DNA of 64,000 nt. It comes from Ginglymostoma cirratum (lineage: Eukaryota). Positions 25,966-37,200 of this stretch are shown here, piece by piece. The DNA is taken from contig JAHRHZ010000145.1 of the NCBI GenBank assembly GCA_024137785.1, positions 20,916,498 to 20,980,497 on the forward strand. Reading direction: 5' to 3'. The notes below the pieces were generated by a model that saw nothing but the letters and a program-made list of their open reading frames with translations, searched no databases and was not told the origin of the DNA. The position numbers and the translations under genes were made by a program. Positions within the stretch are counted from its first letter, which is position 1. Each line of letters starts with the position of its first letter.

Positions 25966-27229
25966 CACATTTGACAACCGTCAAGGACAGAAATTTGGAA
26001 ACGTTCAGCAGATCAGTCAACTCCTGGGAGGTGGCATTGGGGCGGAGGGTGCAAACAAGTTGAGACGATAAGTCTATCAAGGGCGTACCTGATGTTCGCT
26101 CTGCAGATGTGGTCTGATCTGCAGATTGACCCAGTATTTTCTGTTTATGTTTCAGGTCTGAGGCAATTGCCAGTGTTTCCTCGGACACCTCACCCGCTTT
26201 GTTTATTACAGTATGGGATCCAGTTGTTACGGTGGAATTAAAACAGCATTAAACCACCATGTTCTGTACAGGAGCCACACAACCGGTTTACAATGGGATT
26301 ATCCCACTAATTTGGTATTGAATTGTATTGAGACCGATACAATTTTACTAAGGGAGCTGCAACACATTGGACACAGCATGAGAGCGGGCAGATTAGGGCG
26401 GGTAGGTGTCTCTTATTTTTGCCGATGATCCTTCCACAAGGGACCATACCGACAATGAAACGGGGAGAGTGAAGCGGAGTAGATGGCATTTTAGGGCGGG
26501 AATTAAATACATGGAAATTGAGAATCCTCTTTCCTTGTGTCGATGACAACACGATAGAGTGTTTCTGACATTTTGCTATTTCTAGTGCGTTGTTTCGTTC
26601 CTCCCAAATCCCTTTCACATCAGCTACAAGTGTGTGCGCCTGGGTACAGTCCGAGACTTGACTGATCGTGTGAAATTAAAAACCCCTCCCTTCCCCAGTT
26701 CCTCAAAAAATAGGTCGTACACGCAAACTTAGTGGCAAGAATATCGCAGTAGTTTCAAAAGGCATATTTTGTGGTGTACAATTACTAAACGTAGATCCTT
26801 CTGTTTCATATGTAATGAAAATGCATCTATTAAATCAGTGGACCGAAAAAATAAATACCTCATCTTATTTAAGAATCACAAGGATAGTTTACATAATCAC
26901 GTCTGCTTACTTTCAATTTTAAAGAATCGATTTATTTGTGCTGACATCTCAGCAAGGCAAAATGCATTGAATGTTTCTCGATGCCCCCGAGCCCAGTGTA
27001 AGATCCCAGCTGCACATTTTAAAACGTGTCACTCACACATCTTTGCTACTTGAGAAAGTAGATGTGTTGATTAATTCCAATGTGCAACGGGATCGGGCTT
27101 TGGCAGTGCTTTCGTGTTGTTTCTGCATGCGGTCTTTAAATGCTGTTTGTGACCTTGCACAGGGCTAGGCTGCAACGAGAGACTCTATTGTGATCTCTAG
27201 TCCTTCAATGGCGCAGTTACTCAGCCCTG

Positions 27230-27500
27230 ACCAGATTTTCGTGAATGAAACCCGTCATCAGGCAGTTATCAATCAGCGACTCGCCCCGCCTTCTGATTGG
27301 CGGACACCGACCTATTTTTGTGAATGTCGAACAAACACGTTCGGAGTTTGACCAATAGCAGCCAGGAAGTCTTCAATTCCGTTTGCCCATTGGCTGGTCG
27401 GCATTTTCAGCGGTGTCCAATGGGTGGGGCCCGCAAAATGATTGACGGCTCTCTAGACCAATCGGCAGCAGCGTTGGGTATGGTGCGCGAGCCCGTGTTG
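27230..27500 (+). promoter_or_regulatory. ETV5: ETV5 proximal promoter (CpG-rich, multiple CCAAT boxes, GC box, ETS and Capicua motifs)
   Basis: CCAAT/ATTGG at 27296, 27352, 27389, 27417 and 27458; GCCCCGCC at 27283-27290; CAGGAAGT at 27363-27370; TGAATGAA at 27242-27249; visibly more CpG from about 26.0 to 28.7 kb than elsewhere. Confidence 0.75.
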
Positions 27501-27676
27501 CCTCTGGGGAAAGAAGTCGCGTTCACTTCAACTGAGCGAAAAAAAACCCCATTCAACTTTTTTGTGAGCGGAGATTCGGCAGTGCAACTGTGTGGTGTTT
27601 CTTTAATTTCTAGAAAGTGCATTTTTTTTTCCAAAAAGAAAAATCATCCACTAACACAATACAAATCATTTCATAG
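27500..27676 (+). other. ETV5: Probable non-coding first exon of ETV5 (start approximate)
   Basis: Strong donor TAG|GTAAGC at 27677 downstream of the CCAAT cluster; matching acceptor ctcctctctcccAG at 28104; the TSS cannot be determined from sequence. Confidence 0.55.
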
Positions 27677-27992
27677 GTAAGCAGATATGATAGCTTGATT
27701 AAGATTTTTTTTAAAAAAAGGAAAACAAAAAAGGGGAGGGAAAAGTAAGTGTTGCACCAAAAAAAACTAAACATAAATGCTAACGAGAGCTTGGGTTGCT
27801 AATGTTCGCCATTTTCTTCAACATGTCTTAATGTATCTGGAGCAGTGAGTTGTAACCTGTCGATGTGATTTTGTGCAGATAAACGAAGGGTTTTTTCACT
27901 GAGGTGTGCTCTGGGCGGTTGCCTTGAGTTTAAAGGCCGCCGAAAAAGCGAGTTGTTGGCTGTGTGGGAGGCGGTGGGTGGCTGGGTTGAGC

Positions 27993-28068
27993 TGTGTGTG
28001 TGTGTGTTTTTGTGAATGGGGCGCTCGGATCCCGTTACGCTCCTACCTGTGGCCAGCCAGCCAGCCAG
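27993..28068. repeat. Short (TG)n and (GCCA)n tracts in the first intron
   Basis: tgtgtgtgtgtgtgt at 27993-28007; gccagccagccagccag at 28052-28068. Confidence 0.8.
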
Positions 28069-28104
28069 CTTCTCCCATTCATAATTTTCTCTCCTCTCTC
28101 CCAG

Positions 28105-28225
28105 GAGGAGCTGCAGAGCAAAAGGAAACAAAACAACTACACAAAAAAATACGCCACTCAGTAGCGTTCCGCGAGTCCATGTTAATGGTTTGTAGCAGGA
28201 CTTTTAAGAGAAGACCAGCTACAAA
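28105..28225 (+). other. ETV5: 5' UTR part of the ATG-containing exon
   Basis: Polypyrimidine tract 28085-28102 and CAG acceptor ending at 28104. Confidence 0.65.
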
Positions 28226-28273
28226 ATGGACGGATTTTACGACCAGCAAGTTCCTTTTATGCACAACGTACCG
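28226..28273 (+). CDS. ETV5: ETV5 coding exon 1 ([16 protein letters not shown])
   Basis: aaaATGg in strong Kozak context; donor CCG|GTGAGC; phase 0. Confidence 0.93.
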
Positions 28274-31200
28274 GTGAGCAAATGAAATATTCACTTTTTC
28301 TTTGTTTTGAAGAAAAATCTTTACAATCAGGATTAATTCCTTAAGTATTAAGAAAGTTGCACGGATTTGTGCTTTAGGAGATGTATACACTTTAATGCAT
28401 TATTTTTGTGTATTATTTCTTATACTCAATTTTCTACGTGAATTTAATTCTGTTTCTCAGAAAACACACGTGGAAGAGCTTCGCGGCAGACAAGTGAACG
28501 ATAGAAAAAGGAAATTTGTGGAGACCGACCTTGCTCATGATTCAGAAGGTAAGTGGCTGCCGTTGACTGTCTAGGTGTACTTGCAGTCGTCACTTTTCTG
28601 ATCCAGCCGTTATGACCTGCCTCTTTCATTATCGGTAATGTTTCGTTTTTCCAGAACTTTTTCAAGATCTGAGCTTGTTACAAGAAACGTGGCTAGCAGA
28701 AGGTAAGTAAAGCGTGTTTCCAATCATCTTAAGCTATATCATTGCATATTTGTATTTTTCAGTTATGAATTGTTCATGTATAAATGCTTGACCTTGAGAT
28801 ACTAGTGGGGTTTACTATTAAAAGATTTATTGTCCCCTGCAGCCCAAGTTCCCGAAGAAGATGAACAATTTGTACCAGATTTCCAGTCGGTTAACTGTAA
28901 GTAATTTTTTAATATAGGGAAAGTGTTGGTAATTTCGTTTCATGTGGTGGCTATCCTAATGCATATACTGCGCTGTAATAACCTCTCCCCTGCTACCTAG
29001 AAATGTTTTGGATTCAGCCCTTTTGTTGCAGTTTCTGCTAGAATTTCAATAATATTAGTTTTAAATATTCAGAAAGTGTATTGGCGTCTAACTTAGGCCC
29101 AGAAAGATTGTAGTACAAAGCAGTATTTGAAATTACAGTGTGTAACTTTCTTAAGATCAGTAACTGTTATTTTTAGTTTTTAATTAAAATGTTAATATCA
29201 GTTATATCTTTATCCCTGCTGTGTTGATTCTGTTGAGATGCAAATTTTTCGGTGAGCTGGATGTAATCTTGGTTCAGATTTGCACTGCAATTTAGAGTCT
29301 TTTGGTCAAATGGTGATTACAGGATAGTTGAGCTTTCTAAAAGCTTTCATTTGATTTGATCACTTCCAAATGCTTTTCACCACTAAAACCTTACAAATAT
29401 ATTTAAATATGGGGACTCATTAGAACTGCTTAGGTCTTTTTGAGAAAATGGTGTTTTGAATGTCTTCACCTCATGTTGAGGTATTCACAGGAATATGCTC
29501 ACAGTATTTATTTGTTTGGTTATTTCCAGACTATATAGACCAGTGGACATTCCATTTTATAGCATGTTCCTGGAAGTAGATTCAAAATAGTGATAAATAA
29601 GTGAATCTTCGTGCCACCTGACTCCCTAGCAGATAACGGAAATTCATGGTAGAAGGATTTTGGTGTATATATCATTTGCTTAATTTAAGGAAGAGATCAT
29701 GGCTTTCGTTTAGCTTTTTCAGAAAATTACCATACCAATATTTTGTTACCGATTTCCTGTCTCTCAGTCCTGACATCTATCAATTTAGAAACCCTTAACT
29801 TGTCTTCCTTTTAGATTTCAGTTGACTAACACTGAGTGACTACAGATTTCACTGGGATCCACTATCTCAATCCTATGAACTGTTTCAGTGACTAATTTTA
29901 TATAAATAGATTCAGTGGAAAATGTGGATGTGATCTGTAGTTTGCCTTTACGTCTTTCATTTTTGGCCCCTTGGGAAATTGTAGACCCCTGTAACAATCA
30001 TGTGACCACCTTGATATTTTGGGCGTTGAGAAGAAGGTTTGGCACAAAGCCAGGACCCTTCAAGCCAGATTTGCCAGCCCCAGCAGCATTTGATGCTAAC
30101 TCTTTGGTTTGCTAAGATGAATTGTCTGCAAAAGTCCAATTTAATCTGCCTTCACTTTAATCTTTTTAACCCTGGAAACACTAAATATTTTTTGAACCAG
30201 ATGGTTCTCTAACATTTCATTATTTATATTAGACACTGATCAAGAACCATGACTGAAACTTGACCATCTGATAGCGGTGTTAAATATCAGTAATTGTGAT
30301 TTGTCTCTGGCTTTGAATAGCTTCCTATGTATGTTTTTGTTTCCTTTTATTGTGGTGAAGCTTACCACAATAGATCAAAGTCATTAATGAAAAGATGAAA
30401 GACTTGTATTTAACTGGTGCCTTTCATTACCATGGGAGATCCCAATTTGACAGCCAGTAAAGTACTTTTAAAAAGTGTAGTCAGTGCCATAATGTGAGAA
30501 ATACAGCTAAGAGTTTGTGAAGTAATATTATTTTTTTCTTTCTACTACTTTTGGTTAACTATGCTTACAGATTGCAAATGCTTCCAAGTAAAATTGTTCT
30601 GCAACCATACTGTATCCTTGTTGACTTTGTCTTTTTATAGTTTTTGTTATAAATAAAGACAATGGGCTTTCCCTTTGTTTTATTTTACTCCAAAATATTA
30701 AATGTAAATGTATAAGTCAAGGGCATTTAGTCTTCTTGCTTTTAACCTGTGCCACTGGAGGAATTATGGCAGATGAAACTGCTTTATTTGGAAGTTTATT
30801 TTTTCATTTTCTGGTTGAGATATTAGGACCCACCTCTCCAGGTGGGACTTGAACTCAAATCTCCAGGCTCAGAGATGGAGATATTACCACAACACCACAA
30901 GAACCACATTTGGAAGATTTTCTTTGTGCAATATTGCAACCACATGGAGAGCTGTTAGTGAGCTGACTTCTCTAAGCATGATAGTTATTGGAACTGCATT
31001 GCAGAAGGAAGTGTGGATTCAATTCCTATCGGAATTTCTGACCTCAGCCTAACCATTGGATATTGCTGATGATGACTTCTATATAATTCCCAATGGCCAG
31101 TTGCAAAACCACAACGATAAATATCAACAGGTGGCCTGACTGCTCTGTCAGGGAGTACAATTTGGCATGAGGGCAGCTTGAGGTTGTGGGAATGTGACTG

Positions 31201-34200
31201 AATGTGGAGAATAAGAAAAGGTAGTGCTGGTGCATATGGTCAATGCTTTTCTTATCTAAATGTGGATCCTAAAAGTGATGTAATAAGAAACTTCCTTTGC
31301 AGAAAATCAGTGCAATTTATAGCCCTTTTTAGTTTTGATTAGTGACTTTCACAGAGAACATTTGTTCTGTCAGTCTATTTTTAATTTGTCAAGTGAAGCT
31401 TGAACAGAGAAAATGCATGCCTGTGTGCATTTTTAGAAAATGACACCAGTGCAAGCATCTTTTTAATTTTTCCCGACATACATTTCACTTAGTGTATCTT
31501 GCCTGTTCGCTTCTCCCCTGCTGAAATGTGCCTAACCAAAAATGTAATACTGTCACCACAACTTTCTCAAAGTACAAACAACAGCAGATGCTTATTGGAA
31601 TGAAATGGCATTCTTCAAAAATAAACTTCTGTTGAAGCAATTTATACCACTGAACAATGCTATGTTAGAGAACAGTGGTGTTTTAACTTAACTTATAAAG
31701 TTGAAACTTGTGTTGTGCAGAATGCTCTTCATGGATAAAGAGTGCATTTTGTTTCTCCTATTTCAATTCCCCAACACCTCAACATTTAACTTCCACTCAC
31801 TAGGGAGTGCTTGCACATGCGATGATCGTCAGTTTGGACCAGAGGTGGTAACCTCCAAAGCATGGTTTTGATTCTTCTTATGGCAATCCAGTCTAATGGT
31901 TCTAATGAGAAATAGAAAGCCAACCTTGATTTCCAATGCAAATAAGAAACAAAGCAATTTTGCATTGTAAACAAATCTCTCTAGTACCAGCATAACAATA
32001 TGCCCACCCACCCCCACTACCACACAATCTGCTCCGTATGCCATTCCTGATGTTCCGTATCTGTGCTCGTACTCTGGATCCTATTCACCAGTGCAAATAT
32101 ATTGTACATTAAAGATGCAGATTTTTATGCACAATGAGAACACACTTGGCATCAATTTCAAGAATACTTAGCCAATTCCTGCCATTGTAAAGAAAATTGC
32201 CATTCCGTAATGAAAGCATACAAATGAATTAAAGCAGCTCGTGCTGTATTCCCAGGTTCAAATTCAGAAGGCTTTTTGATCAGTCCAGTGATCAGGTGCT
32301 GCTGATTAACCCAAAGAGATCAAGGTTTTATTTGGTTGTCATGATACCATGTTGTTTATTCGGTACAGTAATGAGGTTTGCAGATGTTTGCTGAAAGCTT
32401 TGTGATGGAAATCGTGGAATCCCTACAGTGTGGGAAAAGGCCCTTCGGCCCAACAAGTCCACACCGACCCTTGGAACATTCCTCCCAGACCCATTCCCCC
32501 TATAACCCACCTAAGCTACACATCCCTGAACACTACAGGCAATTTAGCATGGCCAAACCCACCTAACCTGCACATCTTTGGACTGTGGGGGGAAGCCAGA
32601 GCCCCGGAGGAAACCCGTGCAGACACGGAGAGAAAGAATGCAAGATGAGGTTTAAGCTTTAGCTGATTTCTATTCTACAAAATTGTTACTAAAACACCCT
32701 TCCAAATGCATTTAAGTAGATAGATTCAGCGCTAACTAAAAGTGAGTTTTCTGAAGCTGTGCTCTATTGTAGTGTCCATGTGTTATGTCAGACTGCAGAC
32801 TCCAATCACTCCAGCTGTGGGATTCACTTGGAGCAACGTTTACAGATTCTTTGGTATAACAGTGCCAGGTTCAAACTTGATGCAAGCTGCTATAATTCAC
32901 TTTGTTATTCAATACCAGCTCCATTTACAAGGCAGAAGCTGCTTAAGTGCTCTCGAAATTGATGCCAAGCACATTCTCATTGGTCACAGAAACTTCTTCA
33001 TCCCTAATGCCTGTAGTGTAGTAGGATTGTACTGGTAAATGGGTTTGAACAGATGAGCCCAGATGTGGATTAGATATGAGTGATGGTACTGAAGAGTTTG
33101 TGGAGTAATGAGGTGGGTTGGTATACTTTTATGCTGGCAGGAGAAGGATTTTTTTCCCCATGTATCCCAATTCTTTATTGAATCCTTTGAGTTCCACACG
33201 GCACAAGTTTATCAATGTACAAAAGAAGAATCTCCTAATGCTGTTTACACTCTCCACAGCTGCCCTGCATTACTGTTTGGATGGCCACTTGCTGATTGTG
33301 CTGATCCTTAATCTTAGTGAAGAGTTAAGGTTATTGCCTTGGAACTGTGTCAATATTTGAGCAGGAGAAGAAAAATGCTGCTCAACTTGTAACTTTCAGC
33401 ATTGTTGTGGTTTGGATGATAGCTATCTTTAATTCAGTACTTATTGATAATTTGATATGGCTGGAGGCATAGCCTAGCTTGGGAGATATAAATGGTCTTT
33501 TTTTAGACCAATGTGATAGGATTATCATGTTCTAATAGCACCTTCCTCAATATAACAAATTTAATATTATGAGAAAATGACAGTAATAAGGTATGTTAAT
33601 CTTGGAAATAAACTACTGTCAAACTATTATCAACAAACCCATTTTTCATGCTGTGCAGCACAAGTAATCCACTGTTAGTATCTTCATGCTCCATTAAGTT
33701 TTCAAAAGTAGGAACGATTATTGTTCTTTTCTGCCATCTAAAGAATGGCATTTTATAATGTTCTTTTCCCTTTTTTGGAGTTTCTTTTGGCCTCTTGAGC
33801 TCATTATCTACATGTCATTTGCAGCCTCCTGAAGAGTGCTCTACTTCATCTATTGCCTTGCAAATCAGCAGGAAATAAAAATGTCTGTTATAGTGGGAAG
33901 AAGTGATAGTGGCAAAAAGAGAAATTGTACATGGTCAGAACTTCACAAACCTTGCATTTAATGTGGTGGAGAAGTGGGATTTTCGTGAATGAAGTGAGTC
34001 ATTTTATTGATCATGCTTTGGTTGCATTTGCTTGCTTTCATAAATCAATAGATTTTGAGTTGCACACTGAAATTTCAGTTGCATAATTGCATGAGAGTTC
34101 ACTGGTTTCAGAAAAAGGAAAGAATGCTCATTGAGTCTTTTTTTAAAAAAAGTGTGTATTCAACTAGAAACTGCGGGGAACTGCTGATCTGAGCTGGCAT

Positions 34201-37200
34201 CTAATGTAGGCAATTCAAAGTTATGCTAACTTGTAATCCTGTACACCAGGAAATTAGTCTCTTTTGCATAGACAAAGCTGCTGAAATAACTGCAAAATGT
34301 TTTCCTTTATCAGTAATTTGAAATTAATCTACTAGGAACTCTGACTTGCCTTTGACCATTTAGTTCTGGTTCCAACAGATTGTTTCTGCCCCTTCGTCAA
34401 CCCATGTGCTGCTGAAAACCTCACCTGTGCTTTTGTTTTTAGTGCCAACTAATCAAATACACTCCTAACCATTCTCTAGTCTCTTTTCTCATCCCATAAA
34501 CTTATCCAAAGCAGCATCCAGACTCTCACCATTCATCATCCCTGGGGTTGCTGACCTACAATGGCTTGCAGTCCCCAATGCTTCCATTTTAATACTTTTC
34601 ATTCTAGTGTTCAAATCTCTCCATGGCTTTACAGTCCTTTATCTTTTGTAATCGCCTCCTTCAACCTACCATGAACACCACTTCTACTCCTGTTAGCCTG
34701 ATCCTTTCCCTCATTCCATCACCATTGGTTGACTTCAGTCAGTGCCTTAAGGGGTTGGGGATGTACATGTATTCCCTGCATGTACATCCTGTCTTGTGCA
34801 CGCTCTCCTTTTTTTTTGAGTTTGTCATTCCTCCCCCATCACTAAAACCAAACTTATTCCCCATTTATTTGTCACCTTTCCTAGCACTACTGCCTTATCG
34901 TAATGCCCATTGTTTCGTCTTGTTATCTTCCTAAGTGCCTTGGAATGTTTACTATGTCATAAATGCATGTTGGTAAAATTTGCTAGACATTTTACATTTT
35001 AGGGCAACATAAAAAGAATTGAGACTTTCTAAAGTTGAAGATTAGGGTTTAGGCTGAGCGAATTTGAATGTTTCCATTGTTGGTTAAGAATTCATTGGTG
35101 CATTGTTTGCTCCTCATTTTAGTCAGTGCTAATTGAATGGTGGGTATTGAACTGGATGTGAAAACCTGCTTTGTGAAGTGTAAGCTAGTGATCTTTAATT
35201 TTCTAAAGTGAGATGTTTTAGTAGGTGTTAGAAAAGTAGAGTGCAATAATTGGTAAGCATTCTTTTGACTTTCCTCTGGTGTGATAGAGAAAAGTGCTGT
35301 CATCAATGACAGATAATTCTACAAATGTCAAATTCTACCCATGACTGCAAACTAAAGGTCCAAAGTTGACACAGTCTGCCATGACTAAGAGACAGCAAAG
35401 CGTAAAGCTACTGAGAAAATGCAGCAGTAGTTTAGCTTATAAAGGCTACAGCAAGCACATAAAATATCTCCAGTTTATACGTCCCATTACCTGTACCCTA
35501 TTTGTAGGTAGAAAACTATGCTCTTGATTAGTAAAATGCTTGGAAATGGGGCTAACTGGAAGCTAGTTCGATTTCAGCTTCAATATGACCTGAGTGAATC
35601 TAGTCTACTAACCACACGTGTTGTAGTTTACCTCAACTTACAGACACTAAAAGAATCTATATTTTAACAGCCACAGTTGTGTACAGTTACAAGGTGGATT
35701 ATCATTTTTTTTCCTCTGATAATTTGTAAGTAGATTTTGTTTGTGTGGTTGAATTCCTGCAGTTAGTCACCAGCTGTGTTGGTGAAGCTTATCGGCTTAT
35801 TCATCTTCTGGGAAGTCGTCCCTTAGTGTCACCTGCTTAGTGAAAAGATAGATGGAAGCAATTAGCCCAGGACCATCACTTGTAGGTCCTTCAGTGTAGT
35901 TTGTTCTCTGGATCTTGCTTGGATGATCCTTCACTGTAATTAGTGTTTGGAACTGATCGTGTTTCAGTAGTACTGTACCACAATTCAGCCATTGTTCGTG
36001 TGCACTGATGTTCTCTAACACGTTGGCAGTTGAGCCCGTTTTATGTTGTGCCACAAATTTTTTAGAAAAGGATATCTCTGATACCGAGCTCTCAAAGACA
36101 ATGTGGCTGAGTGATCTACAACAACAGTATTGTTTTTTGCCCCTCCCTTCTATCCATGTGATCATGATGGCACAGGGCTGGTCCCAAGCCGTGATTCTTT
36201 GTGGATAAATGTAAGCATTGTGACAGTTTGGTTTTTTTTTTACTGTTGTGGAAAGAAAACCCTACGTATAATGAAAACACAAACCTCCAATTTGCTTGTG
36301 TGAAACGCAATATTAGAGTCACAGAGCTGTACAGCATGGAAACAAACCCTTCAGTCCAACTCTTTTACGCTGACCAGATAGCCTAAATTAATCCTCGACC
36401 CTTTTGGCCGATTATCCCTCTAAACCCTCCTATTCATGTACCCATCCAGATGCCTTTTAAATGTTGTAATTGTACCAGCCGCTACCACTTATTCTTCTGG
36501 CAGATCATTCCATACGCACACCACCCTCTGCATGAAAATGTTGCCCGTTAGGTCCCTTTTAAATCCTTTCCCTCTCTCCCTGAACCTATGCCCTCTAGTT
36601 TTGGACTCCCCTACCTTGGGAAGAAGACCTTGGCTATTCACCCTATCCGTGCCCCTCATGACCTTATACACCTTTTTATAACATCACTTCTCAGCCATCG
36701 AAGATCCAGAAAAATTAGCCCCAACCTCTTCAGCCTCTCCCCATAGCTCAAACCCTTCAACCCTGCCAACATCCTTGTAAATCTTTGCTGAACCTTTTCA
36801 AGTTTCATTATTTTGTGTCGTAAATCTGTAACTATTGGTATTTCGTTCTGGAGTGACAGCTGTGCACAATTCTCATCCAGGAGTATTGAGTAGTTGTGTA
36901 AAGCTACGGGAGTAATTTACTTCTGTTCATTGATTGGTGGCCTAGCAAAGTGATAAGAGTTTATATTGAAACAGAAATACAGGGTCCATCTCGGACACGT
37001 TGTATCAAAATGCCTATACTGACAATTCTGTCTTCGGGAAGCGGTTTTACGAGGGCTTGGATAAAGCACATTTGCTCCAGCTCTCTCAATGTCTGTATTC
37101 TTAATCTTGGGGATTATTAAATTTTCTTCTGCATTTTGGTAATTAAATCTCGGGAATAATTTGTTCGACCTGGTCTTCCATGACCTGAGTGGTAGTCTTG

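Noticed and set aside
1-27000. Exons of an upstream neighbour gene (for example a diacylglycerol kinase expected from synteny)
   Set aside because: No recognisable host-gene exons found on either strand; small exons could have been missed
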